From positions 3,264,001 through 3,328,000 of the forward strand of contig CBDANF010000003.1 of the NCBI GenBank assembly GCA_965197475.1: a stretch of DNA of 64,000 nt, read 5' to 3'. The notes under the pieces were generated by a model that was not told the DNA's origin, ran no database searches, and was given only the letters and a program-made list of their open reading frames with translations. Below are positions 1 to 10,056 of the stretch, one piece after another (position 1 is the first letter of the stretch; each line of letters begins with the position of its first letter). This DNA is from Candidatus Poribacteria bacterium (GTDB lineage: Bacteria > Poribacteria > WGA-4E > WGA-3G). Made by a program: the position numbers and the translations under genes.

Positions 1-56
1 AACTTTTGATGGAGAAACAGAATTGCTCCATATCTTAGCAAAGGATATTGAAAACT

Positions 57-857
57 ATGACTGATGAAGAAAAATTTCGCTTTGACTTAGCCGGTTTCCT
101 CGTTCGTCCCGCGATTCTGAGCAAGGACGAAGTGGATGCGATTGTTAACCAGCTTGATCGGATCCGGCATAACCCAGAATCTCTACCACCAGAACACCGA
201 GCTGTCCCAGGCGGTCCCGCGAGTGTTCTTATTGATCATCCGAAAGTAATTGAGGTGTTGCACCAACTCATCGGACCCGATATCCGAATGGAGAGCACTT
301 TTTTCGGGTGGCGTGAAAAGGGACAAGAGCACGGTGGACTGCATGGCGGTGGTCCCCGACAAGCAGACCCTATCTTCGGTTATCGTGTGAACAACGGCAG
401 GATTCATGCAGGAATGGTGCGCGTAGTCTTTGAACTCACTGATGTCTCTAAAAACGATGGCGGCACACATTTTATTGCAGGTAGTCATAAAGCAAATTTC
501 CCGATGCATCCGGATCACATGTCGTTAGAAGATGGAAAACGGAGTCCTTTACTAATGACTTATGAGTGTTCTGCTGGTAGTGCGATCTTTTTTACGGAAA
601 ACCTTTGCCACGCTGGTCCCAAATGGCAACGTGACACCCCGCGCATAGCGGTGCTAAATGCTTACGCGCACCTCGCAACGCATTGGCATCGTCTTCGTAT
701 TCCACCAGACGTACTAAATGGGCTTCCGAGAGAAAAACAGGCATATTTCCGCGAACCGTGGATTGCGGACTTCCGAACACGTCCTGCCACCCATAACACG
801 ATCGAACGTTTTGTGGATAATGACGAACCTCCGATAAATACTGACCATCGTCCGTAA
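57..857 (+). CDS. Phytanoyl-CoA dioxygenase (PhyH)-family Fe(II)/2-oxoglutarate oxygenase
   Basis: N-terminal FDLAGFLV, GGTHFIAGSHK and AGSAIFFTENLCHAG...R motifs of the PhyH fold; first metal motif is HGG rather than HxD. ATG at 57 preferred over TTG at 48 on spacing from AAGGA. Confidence 0.8.
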   Translation: MTDEEKFRFDLAGFLVRPAILSKDEVDAIVNQLDRIRHNPESLPPEHRAVPGGPASVLIDHPKVIEVLHQLIGPDIRMESTFFGWREKGQEHGGLHGGGPRQADPIFGYRVNNGRIHAGMVRVVFELTDVSKNDGGTHFIAGSHKANFPMHPDHMSLEDGKRSPLLMTYECSAGSAIFFTENLCHAGPKWQRDTPRIAVLNAYAHLATHWHRLRIPPDVLNGLPREKQAYFREPWIADFRTRPATHNTIERFVDNDEPPINTDHRP

Positions 858-1114
858 TAGCGACATGTCAATACTGCTCTATCCGGTTGAACATCAGAGG
901 CATTCAGTTTTCGGTTTTTGAATGCAGGAATCGGGATTCTGCCCGTTTGTTATCCACATAAATCGGACTTAGAAAACCCGCCCACAAGAGTATTTCGTGA
1001 CAATTGAATGGCTATGGGTTAAACATGATTTTATCTTTTCAATTCACGGAATTTGTGGTAGACTAACGTGATACGCGTAAAAAAGTAAACAGAGTTCACG
1101 ATTATGGGCAGATT

Positions 1115-2233
1115 ATGGCACATATCAAATTACAAAACATAGAAAAACGGTTCGGCGATGTTATCGCAATCAAAGATTTCAACTTGGAAATTGAAGATAA
1201 GGAATTTGTTGTATTCTTAGGTCCTTCTGGTTGTGGAAAGACAACAACACTTCGCTTAATCGCCGGGTTAGAACACCCTGAAGAAGGCGACATTCTAATT
1301 GACGGTCAACGTGTAAACGATCAATCCCCTGCAGACAGGGACATTGCTTTTGTGTTTCAATTTTATGCACTCTATCCACATCTGAGTGTATACGATAATA
1401 TTGCATTTCCGCTGAAAGCGGTGAAGGTTGTAAAATCGGAGATTGATGAGCGGGTTAAAAAGGTCGCGCAGATTTTACAAATATCCGATATTTTAAATCG
1501 GAAACCGAGTGTGCTTAGTGGAGGTGAGATGCAACGTGTTGCACTTGGACGTGCAATGGTACGCCAACCGAAAGTCTATCTCCTTGATGAACCGATGGCG
1601 AATTTAGACGCAAAACTCCGAATTGATACGCGAGCAGAAATAAAACGACTTCAACACGAAATCGGAGCAACTACCATTTTTGTTACGCATGATCAGGTTG
1701 AAGCGATGTCTCTTGCAGATCGAATTGCTGTTATCCATCAAGGCATGCTACAACAAATCGGCACACCTCACCAGATTTATAACAAACCGCAAAGCCTTTT
1801 TGTTGCGGGGTTCATGGGTATGCCGACTATGAATCTACTGGATGCCGAGCTTACCTCTCATGAAGGCAAAACCGCGTTGCAATTGAGCCATACCAATGTG
1901 CGGTTGGAACTCTCTCTGCAACAGAAATCCCACCTAAACGCGAATACACAGAAAAACGACTATGTTTTGGGTGTCCGACCTGAGCATATTACGGCATCCA
2001 GAGAACTGGTCGGACGAAAAATTTCTGCAGACGTACACCTCATTGAACCCCTTGGTGCTGTGAACATTCTTGACTTACGGCTTGGAACACATCAAGAAAC
2101 CAAAGAACCTGTTCTACTCCGTGTCAGAACACACCCAACTTTTTCAATTGAGGTGGGGGATACTATTTGGTTGGATTTTGATGAAAAACAGATGCACCTA
2201 TTTGATAGCAAAACAGAACAAGCAATTTGGTAA
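1115..2233 (+). CDS. Carbohydrate ABC transporter ATP-binding subunit (MalK/UgpC family)
   Basis: Walker A GPSGCGKT, signature LSGGEMQRVALGR, Walker B YLLDEP, FVTHDQVEAM, C-terminal TOBE-like region. Confidence 0.95.
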   Translation: MAHIKLQNIEKRFGDVIAIKDFNLEIEDKEFVVFLGPSGCGKTTTLRLIAGLEHPEEGDILIDGQRVNDQSPADRDIAFVFQFYALYPHLSVYDNIAFPLKAVKVVKSEIDERVKKVAQILQISDILNRKPSVLSGGEMQRVALGRAMVRQPKVYLLDEPMANLDAKLRIDTRAEIKRLQHEIGATTIFVTHDQVEAMSLADRIAVIHQGMLQQIGTPHQIYNKPQSLFVAGFMGMPTMNLLDAELTSHEGKTALQLSHTNVRLELSLQQKSHLNANTQKNDYVLGVRPEHITASRELVGRKISADVHLIEPLGAVNILDLRLGTHQETKEPVLLRVRTHPTFSIEVGDTIWLDFDEKQMHLFDSKTEQAIW

Positions 2234-2273
2234 TTTCGGTAAAACCCGAATATTTGATGGATTTTAAATAGAT

Positions 2274-3074
2274 ATGAAAATACCTTGTCGTTTAGCAGCT
2301 TTTGATTTAGATGGAACACTATTGAACAACAATCACAATTTATCAATGGAAAACTTTGAGGCACTTCAGCAGCTTGCAGCAAAAGAAGTCCTGGTTGTCT
2401 TAGTATCCGGAAGGATGCACCAATCTATTCAACCGATTAGTGATCGGATCGGATTGGAAAATCCTATTATTTCATATAATGGTGGAATGGTAAAACATGC
2501 GACTATAGGTGAAGTATATCATCATACACCTGTTTCAGCAGATGATGCTATGGCAATCGTCAAGGATTGCGTCAATCAGAATTTACATCTGAACTTTTGC
2601 TTAGACGATGAATTGTATGTCGCGGAGAAGAATGCGTGGAGTAATTTGTATGAATCACGAACCGGTGTTCCCGCTAAACCGATCGGGGATTTGCAACAGT
2701 TAGCAGGTAAAACACCAACAAAGCTGCTCATTATACATACGCCAGAAAAATTGCAGCCGTTATTAAAAAATTTCAAATCTACTTACGCAGAAAAACTTTA
2801 TGTAACGCAGACACAAGCAGAGTACATAGAATTCATGAACCCGAAGGTTACTAAAGGTCGAGCGTTGACAGCACTTGCAAATCGGTTCAACATACCGATA
2901 GATTCGGTTGTCGCTTTTGGTGATAGTTATAACGATGAAAGCCTGCTCCAAACAGCAGGTTTTGGGATCGCGATGGGAAACGCAGTTGCCGCAGTTAAAA
3001 CCGTGGCAGATTACATCACTACAACTAATGACGAAAACGGCGTAGCAAAAGCAATTTGGGAGTTAATTCTCTAA
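2274..3074 (+). CDS. Cof-type HAD-IIB hydrolase
   Basis: Motif I FDLDGTLL, VSGR, YNGG, KGRAL, FGDSYND, GIAMGNA. Confidence 0.95.
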   Translation: MKIPCRLAAFDLDGTLLNNNHNLSMENFEALQQLAAKEVLVVLVSGRMHQSIQPISDRIGLENPIISYNGGMVKHATIGEVYHHTPVSADDAMAIVKDCVNQNLHLNFCLDDELYVAEKNAWSNLYESRTGVPAKPIGDLQQLAGKTPTKLLIIHTPEKLQPLLKNFKSTYAEKLYVTQTQAEYIEFMNPKVTKGRALTALANRFNIPIDSVVAFGDSYNDESLLQTAGFGIAMGNAVAAVKTVADYITTTNDENGVAKAIWELIL

Positions 3075-3103
3075 TTCGTCAAACTCGGAAACAACGACGA
3101 AGT

Positions 3104-3361
3104 TTAACGAAGTTTATTTGACCTACTATATGGAAAATCTGCCATCAACACATAGGAATTGCCTTCACGTTTTATAGACATTGAGACAGAGTTCATCGTG
3201 AATTCAAAGTATTTTGCCAACACTTCAGTTAATTCAAACTGTAGTTTTTTCATTGAGTCATCGTTCACCTCAAACCGATCTTGTGTTAGAATGAGTTGTA
3301 AACGCTGTGTAGCGATATTGCTTGATTTAGACTTGCGAGTAAATAACCTTTTGAAATCCAT
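3104..3361 (-). CDS. minE: Cell division topological specificity factor MinE
   Basis: SSNIATQRLQLILTQDR motif, 85 aa, directly downstream of minD. Confidence 0.92.
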   Translation of the reverse strand: MDFKRLFTRKSKSSNIATQRLQLILTQDRFEVNDDSMKKLQFELTEVLAKYFEFTMNSVSMSIKREGNSYVLMADFPYSRSNKLR

Positions 3362-3370
3362 AGTAACCCC

Positions 3371-4165
3371 TTATTTAGTTCTTGAAAACCAGTTCAATAT
3401 ATTAGAAAAAAAGTTTTTTTCTCGCATTTCAGGGATTGGAACTCGTTGTCCCGCCATGCGCCGCGCTATTCGCATATACGCCTCTGCCCCAGGAGACCCA
3501 TCGTTATGAACAAGCGGAACACCACGATTTGTAGAGGCGATAACACCGGTATCCTCAGGAACAACGCCGAGAAGATTAATGTTCAGAATGTCTAATACAT
3601 CATTCTTACTAATCATAGTCCCCTTTTTAACGAGTGTTGGCGACAACCGATTCAATACCAAGTTAATCGGTTCAATTCCTTGTTGTTGCAAGAGCCCAAT
3701 GATACGGTCAGCATCACGTATGGCTGAAACGTCTGGAGTAGTGATGATAATTGCCTCCTCTGCGCCAGCGGCAGCGTTGTGAAAACCTTGTTCAATTCCC
3801 GCAGGAGAGTCAACAAGTACGAAATCATATTCTTCTTTGAGTTTTTCACAGATATCCTGCATCTGTTCAGGTTTAATATCATCTTTTCTGTTGCGTTGTG
3901 AAGCAGCGAGTAACACTAAATCTCCGACGCGTCGGTCTTTAACAAGGGCTTTATCAAGCTCACATCGTTTATCTAAAACGTCCATAGAAGTAAAAACGAC
4001 TCGGCTCTCTAATCCCATTACGACATCAAGGTTCCGCAACCCAACGTCAGCATCAACTACAACCACTGTTTTGCCAATCATCGCTAACGCGGTCCCAAGG
4101 TTTGCCGTTGATGTCGTTTTACCGACTCCCCCTTTTCCAGAAGTAATCACGATAACCTTACCCAT
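3371..4165 (-). CDS. minD: Septum site-determining ATPase MinD
   Basis: ITSGKGGVGKTT, DADVGLRNLDVVMGLE, DSPAGIEQGF, RDADRIIGLL, C-terminal amphipathic helix; ATG at 4165 with AAGGAGGG RBS. Confidence 0.97.
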   Translation of the reverse strand: MGKVIVITSGKGGVGKTTSTANLGTALAMIGKTVVVVDADVGLRNLDVVMGLESRVVFTSMDVLDKRCELDKALVKDRRVGDLVLLAASQRNRKDDIKPEQMQDICEKLKEEYDFVLVDSPAGIEQGFHNAAAGAEEAIIITTPDVSAIRDADRIIGLLQQQGIEPINLVLNRLSPTLVKKGTMISKNDVLDILNINLLGVVPEDTGVIASTNRGVPLVHNDGSPGAEAYMRIARRMAGQRVPIPEMREKNFFSNILNWFSRTK

Positions 4166-4182
4166 AGTCAACCCTCCTTCTT

Positions 4183-4863
4183 TTAGAATTTAATAAATTC
4201 CTCTACGATGATAATATCTTCAGCACCAACGCGAGCGATTTCGGGATATCCTCTCGGCTTTTGTCCTATCGGGGGACGATTTACATACGAACCGATTTGA
4301 AGTTGTAATGGCACCAACTCCATTGAGATAATGACCGAGGAAAGGCTCCCATGCACACCCGCATGTGCGTTTCCACGTAACGCTCCAAGAACAATGATAT
4401 CTCCAGCGGCTACAACTTCTCCGCCAGGATTCACATCTCCATAAATAATTACACTTCCAACTAAACAAGATGTTGTCTGTCCTGACCGAATCGTTTGACG
4501 GACAATTTGAGATTGTTCAAAATTCGGGTGATTGTCGGCAGTCAAATTCGGAGAGATACTATGCGTTGCAGGTGCCGCCAAAATTGGCGATTCGTTCTTT
4601 TCATCAAATACGTTGACACCACTGACAACAAGATCATAGTTTTCTGTTAGGTGTGTTTCCAATTTTTTCAGATCTTGGGATGTTAATGGGGCTGTCTTCA
4701 TATCAATATGGACAGAAGTTCCTGCTAACGGTTGATTCATTCCAACCAGCAACTCACGAATTGCTGCCTCAACCTCAGGCAGGGAGACTTTCGGATTGAT
4801 AATCAGATGTAAACCATCTTTATATCCTCTGAGTTTCACGATTGATTTTTCCATTTTTCTCAC
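4183..4863 (-). CDS. minC: Septum site-determining protein MinC
   Basis: IRSGQ, GDVNPGGEVVAAGDIIVLGALRGNAHAG beta-helix motif; upstream of minDE. Start could be ATG at 4854. Confidence 0.93.
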   Translation of the reverse strand: MRKMEKSIVKLRGYKDGLHLIINPKVSLPEVEAAIRELLVGMNQPLAGTSVHIDMKTAPLTSQDLKKLETHLTENYDLVVSGVNVFDEKNESPILAAPATHSISPNLTADNHPNFEQSQIVRQTIRSGQTTSCLVGSVIIYGDVNPGGEVVAAGDIIVLGALRGNAHAGVHGSLSSVIISMELVPLQLQIGSYVNRPPIGQKPRGYPEIARVGAEDIIIVEEFIKF

Positions 4864-4932
4864 GCTGAAACCATATTGATGTGAGGATAATTCCTCAGTG
4901 TGAAGTTTAAAACGGCATTTACCTGCATAGGT

Positions 4933-6216
4933 TTAGGATGAAGCACTGCCTATTTTGGCAAGCACGTACGGCCCTTCAGGAATCGCTGCTATCTGAATAT
5001 CTTCACCGTAACGTGCCAAAAACTCTTCAATTCCTTCCTGTGGGTTTTTCAACGGATATACAAACAGTTTGGATCTCTGCTGATACGGAATGCCATCTGT
5101 ATAAAAATAGATGTCGGCTTTCCGAGCAACTTTTGCCAATTCTTCCAATTGCCACTGATCAATAACGAAGTTGGCGGGATTGTAAAGTCCTTCAACAAAA
5201 GCAGTAAGGTCATCAGTTTTGAAGAGTAGATCAGTGAACGGTTTGCTGCCAATACCCTCACTACAAGCGGCTACAAGTAGAATACTACCACCCTGTTTGA
5301 CAATTTCAACAGCTGTGAGTAAGCCTTTAATAGCCTGATAAAATGTAGTGTCCAACGGATACCCTGCACTGGAAACAACAACTGCATCAACAGGAGCAGG
5401 TAAAGTAACTTTCACCAACTTTTCAACGAATTGTGCACCAACTTGGTGAGATTCAACCATATCTCCTGCAAAAACACCTGTTATCTGTCGCTGTTTATCA
5501 ATTGCCACATTAAGGCTAAAATCAACACCAGCCATCAGAGCGATCTCGGTTGCTTCCATGTGGAAAGGGTTGCCCTCCAAGATACCGACAGCGGATTTTG
5601 GATGTTCCATCAGTTCAGGACCATGCATCACCTTCATCGTTTCAATAGAAGCGAGACCGGGGCAGATAGCTTTACGCCCGCCAGAATATCCTGCCATCAA
5701 ATGAGGTTCAATCAGTCCTGTTACAATCTTCAGATCCGCTACGAGGTAAGTCTTATCAATGTGAACTGGTGTGCTTTTATGCGTCTTGCCAAGATATGTA
5801 TGTGTTTCTGGCTTTTGAGAAAAATGGTTGACGATACGATACGTGTCCATGATCAAACGACCAACCATTTCTTCAAGTTCTTTTCCCTCATTGGGACGGT
5901 GAATACCTGTAGCGATAAGAATAGTAATCTTCTCGCGTGGCATCCCTGCCTGTTCAAGTGTTTCAAGTATCGGCGGTAGAATCACTTGATTCGGTACTGG
6001 ACGGGTAATGTCGGAAATTACAATACACGCAGAGTCACGCCCTTTCGCCACTTCTGCTAAGGGGGGTGAAGCAATAGGGTTCGAAATCACTTCCCGGACC
6101 GCTTTGTCAGCATCAGCTAACGGTACACTTTGTGCGGTTTCCAGTACACCTGCTAAATTTTTGTCCGGAATGTCTACCGCAACTGTACCGTGACCGTATT
6201 TCATCTTGACTTGCAT
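4933..6216 (-). CDS. larA: LarA-family nickel-pincer-dependent racemase/epimerase
   Basis: ISDITRPVP, ATGIHRP, IVNH, EPHLMAGYSGGRKAICPG, GYPLD motifs. Substrate may be an alpha-hydroxy acid other than lactate. Confidence 0.85.
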   Translation of the reverse strand: MQVKMKYGHGTVAVDIPDKNLAGVLETAQSVPLADADKAVREVISNPIASPPLAEVAKGRDSACIVISDITRPVPNQVILPPILETLEQAGMPREKITILIATGIHRPNEGKELEEMVGRLIMDTYRIVNHFSQKPETHTYLGKTHKSTPVHIDKTYLVADLKIVTGLIEPHLMAGYSGGRKAICPGLASIETMKVMHGPELMEHPKSAVGILEGNPFHMEATEIALMAGVDFSLNVAIDKQRQITGVFAGDMVESHQVGAQFVEKLVKVTLPAPVDAVVVSSAGYPLDTTFYQAIKGLLTAVEIVKQGGSILLVAACSEGIGSKPFTDLLFKTDDLTAFVEGLYNPANFVIDQWQLEELAKVARKADIYFYTDGIPYQQRSKLFVYPLKNPQEGIEEFLARYGEDIQIAAIPEGPYVLAKIGSASS

Positions 6217-6327
6217 GTTTGAATTTCCTTAACTTAAAGCAAGTAAACAGTTATAGGATTAAAGTAATGTAAAACCAATTTAAAACATATCGTGAAACTT
6301 AAAATGTCGGAACTGTGAATACTTTTG

Positions 6328-6356
6328 AGTGTAACACATCTTATATTAGATGTCAA
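6328..6356 (-). promoter_or_regulatory. Sigma70-type promoter for larA-like-minCDE
   Basis: Minus strand TTGACA-17 nt-TACACT with extended -10 TG. Confidence 0.65.
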
Positions 6357-6435
6357 ACTATTTCACGTTTTTCAAAGTTACGGAGACAATGGAATATCCG
6401 GTTTTATTTAAAATACTTGAATCTTATGAATTGAC

Positions 6436-6464
6436 TTGATTTTTTTTATATTGCATGCTAAACT
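6436..6464 (+). promoter_or_regulatory. Sigma70-type promoter for ORF 6539
   Basis: TTGATT-17 nt-TAAACT with extended -10 TG. Confidence 0.5.
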
Positions 6465-6538
6465 TTATATGTTTTCCACTGAAATCCCCAATAGGTTTAA
6501 GGAAGCAATTTTAATCTAAAAACGGAGAATTAAACAAC

Positions 6539-6925
6539 ATGCATCGTATTGAAGTTACCACAAAACCTAATGGTGCAGGTCGCAATTGGCTTGAAGTCGG
6601 ATTATTTGAAGTTGATGCACTCGGGCGTAAACAGTGGGTTAAGAAAAACGCACCTTATCAAGAATCAAAGCTAACTGTGGACAGACAATATTCAGAACGT
6701 GGTGAAACGATTGACTGGATCGTTCTCATTCCTGAAAATTATCTGCTCACCCTCGTCAAAATAACCTATGACCGTTTGAACCCCAAAAACGTTGAAGTGC
6801 TCTGGGAACCAGGAACATCTAACCAACCCGAGAATTCGCGTGAAAGTAAAAAGAAACGTGCTTTTGAACTTGCCGCTGAAAACGAAGAACTCACATCTCT
6901 ACTTAAGGAACTTCTTGAAAACTGA
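6539..6925 (+). CDS. Hypothetical protein, 128 aa
   Basis: ATG preceded by GGAG, own promoter candidate, isolated in AT-rich flanks; no family recognised. Confidence 0.7.
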   Translation: MHRIEVTTKPNGAGRNWLEVGLFEVDALGRKQWVKKNAPYQESKLTVDRQYSERGETIDWIVLIPENYLLTLVKITYDRLNPKNVEVLWEPGTSNQPENSRESKKKRAFELAAENEELTSLLKELLEN

Positions 6926-7016
6926 CATCCCCGTATTTCAGCAAATAAATAAGGAATCGCTGTCACTTTAAAAGCACAGATTCCACATGACAATATGAAT
7001 TGTTCCGCGGATGTCC

Positions 7017-7048
7017 TTATACACGGTTATACACGGTTATACATGGTT
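7017..7048. repeat. 10-bp tandem repeat (TTATACACGG), about 3 copies
   Basis: ttatacacgg ttatacacgg ttatacatgg tt in intergenic DNA. Confidence 0.8.
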
Positions 7049-7344
7049 CATTGATTTTACACAAAACCAATTTCAAACATCTCACTGCCAAGTGGTTAAA
7101 CTAACACAGCACTTTGTAATTCTACCCCTTAACCAAAATACGAAAATTATCTGAATTTGGTTACAACATTACTGCAAAAAACGTGAAATTTTTACGATTT
7201 ATAGAAAAATATGAAAATATCTATCGATTTTTGAGTGATTTTGCGGTGTTTGTAGTCAAAAAATGTCTTAAGCGCATGAGGTGTTGATTTATTACGTCTC
7301 TTTGAACTTAGTTGCGGTAAGCGGAACTTGCCTATCGCTTTTAA

Positions 7345-8088
<744 letters not shown>

Positions 8089-8120
8089 TTAAGTGTTAAC
8101 AATCTTTGTGGATTGCCGTT

Positions 8121-8182
8121 AAATGTTAGACAGACTCAATATATTCGTTTTACATTTTAATTTAAAACTACGCTTGTGTCAA
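8121..8182 (-). promoter_or_regulatory. bioD promoter with overlapping BirA-like operator
   Basis: Minus strand TTGACA(8182-8177)-17 nt-TAAAAT(8159-8154); imperfect palindrome AAATGTTAGAC-N15-GTTTTACATTT at 8121-8157. Confidence 0.55.
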
Positions 8183-8352
8183 AATTTATTTTTTGAACTA
8201 TTCAATTTCGGGAAGTAATGTTGTGCAAGGGCTTTGTAAACCCGATTTCTGTGTACAAAAATTGAACGTATCTGCAAAGACATCTAATAAGGTTGCCTTT
8301 TTTACGTGAACATGAGAAAATAGTAGTTAAGATTCTGTAGGGAGAGATAACC

Positions 8353-8859
8353 ATGAATTCAGAAAATTTTCGACTTGCTTTTTCAAAATCTAAGGATATT
8401 ACACTTAATTTTCTTGGTCGGGTTCTATCAAGTACGCGTGTGGAACCGATTCGGGATGAAGAAGGTGTTAAAGGCGTTAAAGCATCTTGGGTCGGCGAAC
8501 AAGGTGAAAGCAATATCGCTGTAAATACCGGTGAATTGAACGCCAATGTAAAAATTGAAGCTGACGAACCACCGACCGTAGAATATGTGCAATACGGTGA
8601 AAAACGTAGTGTTGCGATAAAAAATATCAATAATATATCTTGTGCAGTAGACCGAGAGACATTAGACCAGTTTGTCACACCGAGAGGTGCTGCGATCTCA
8701 GTTTGCGCTGGCGCAGCAGCAGGTTTAGTGGGTTGGTTTGTTGTTTCCGTCATGCGTTCTATAACGATTTCAACCAGAGAACAGGATGAGTCGTCTGTAG
8801 CTGCTATTTCTTCTGAGGATGCTGAAGCCACGGAGGAAAACCCACCCGCTGAAGAATGA
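8353..8859 (+). CDS. Hypothetical membrane protein
   Basis: GGGAG RBS, one hydrophobic segment (AAISVCAGAAAGLVGWFVVSVM), acidic tail; stop overlaps next start (ATGA). Confidence 0.7.
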   Translation: MNSENFRLAFSKSKDITLNFLGRVLSSTRVEPIRDEEGVKGVKASWVGEQGESNIAVNTGELNANVKIEADEPPTVEYVQYGEKRSVAIKNINNISCAVDRETLDQFVTPRGAAISVCAGAAAGLVGWFVVSVMRSITISTREQDESSVAAISSEDAEATEENPPAEE

Positions 8860-10049
8860 AAATTGTAGCCGTAGACCCTTTCTATTTTCGGATGCCAGAC
8901 ATCACATCGGCGGCTGATGGAACGCAAGATACGCTTTTAGTCCGAATTCGTACAGATGCGGGGATTGAAGGATGGGGAGAGTGTGATGCCTCTCCGTTGG
9001 TCAGCATTGCAGTCTATTGCTGCCCGATGTCACATGGAAATATCATCAACATTCACACTTCGCTAATTGGTGAAACACTTGATGCTCCTGACGATGTGCT
9101 TCGCTTGAGTGAAAAGGTGCTACGGAACGGGTTGGACATTCAACAGATACAACACGCTTATAGCGGAGCAGAAATCGCGCTATGGGATGTGGTCGGAAAG
9201 AAGTTAGAAAAACCTGTCTACTGCCTTCTTGCGGAGATGTCTGACACGTCTGACACAGCACATCCGAAATTGCCTTATGCGTCTGTCCTTTTCGGTGATA
9301 CGCCAGAAGTCACTTATCATATCGCAGCAGGTTTGCGCGAACGGGGATATCGCGCTGCAAAGTTTGGTTGGGGACCGATGGGACGATTTGGTGAGGAAAA
9401 CGACATTGCACTTGTGTGTGCTGCACGTGAAGGCATGGGAACTGATGCACAAATTATGATAGATGCTGGCGTTATTTGGGGAACTGATTACGAAACTGCT
9501 TTCAGTCGCGCGCAAGCATTTTCCCAATTTTCTCCCACCTGGTTGGAGGAACCGCTTGCTCCGGATGCGGTTGATGCGTACAGATCACTAACCGAGATGA
9601 ATCCATCTGTTTCCATCGCTGCAGGGGAGGGTTCAAACACCTATCGTATGGCTGAAGACCTCATCGTGCATGGTGGCATCCAGTTTGTGCAGATTGACAC
9701 GGGACGCATCGGTGGCATTTTGCCCTCTTTTCGGGTGTGCAGACTTGCAGAAAAGCATGGTGTCCAGTATGTTAATCACACCTTTAAAAGCCATCTCAGC
9801 CTTGCCGCTGCACTTCATGTTTTTGCCACAAACCCAGATTTCAATCTATTGGAATATCCTGCTGCGGGTTCAGAATTATCGCAACGTCTGGTAAAGCAAC
9901 CTTTTCAGATTGATTCAGATGGAATGGTGCAGGTGAAAGAGCTACCCGGGCTCGGTGTGCAAGTGGATACGGAAGCGATACGTCCGTATTTGGCACCGGT
10001 TCAGATTGGGGTCGGCGCGGATACGGTTTTTGAACAAGCACCACTTTAG
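8856..10049 (+). CDS. Mandelate racemase/muconate-lactonizing enzyme family (enolase superfamily)
   Basis: LVRIRTDAGIEGWGE, ALWDVVGK...PVY, MIDAG, WLEEP, IAAGE, QID..RIGG motifs. Confidence 0.92.
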   Translation: MKIVAVDPFYFRMPDITSAADGTQDTLLVRIRTDAGIEGWGECDASPLVSIAVYCCPMSHGNIINIHTSLIGETLDAPDDVLRLSEKVLRNGLDIQQIQHAYSGAEIALWDVVGKKLEKPVYCLLAEMSDTSDTAHPKLPYASVLFGDTPEVTYHIAAGLRERGYRAAKFGWGPMGRFGEENDIALVCAAREGMGTDAQIMIDAGVIWGTDYETAFSRAQAFSQFSPTWLEEPLAPDAVDAYRSLTEMNPSVSIAAGEGSNTYRMAEDLIVHGGIQFVQIDTGRIGGILPSFRVCRLAEKHGVQYVNHTFKSHLSLAAALHVFATNPDFNLLEYPAAGSELSQRLVKQPFQIDSDGMVQVKELPGLGVQVDTEAIRPYLAPVQIGVGADTVFEQAPL

Positions 10050-10056
10050 CGCAATA

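Noticed and set aside
8202-8927. 241-aa minus-strand ORF
   Set aside because: Antisense to the 8353 gene, which has an RBS and is coupled to the downstream enzyme gene.
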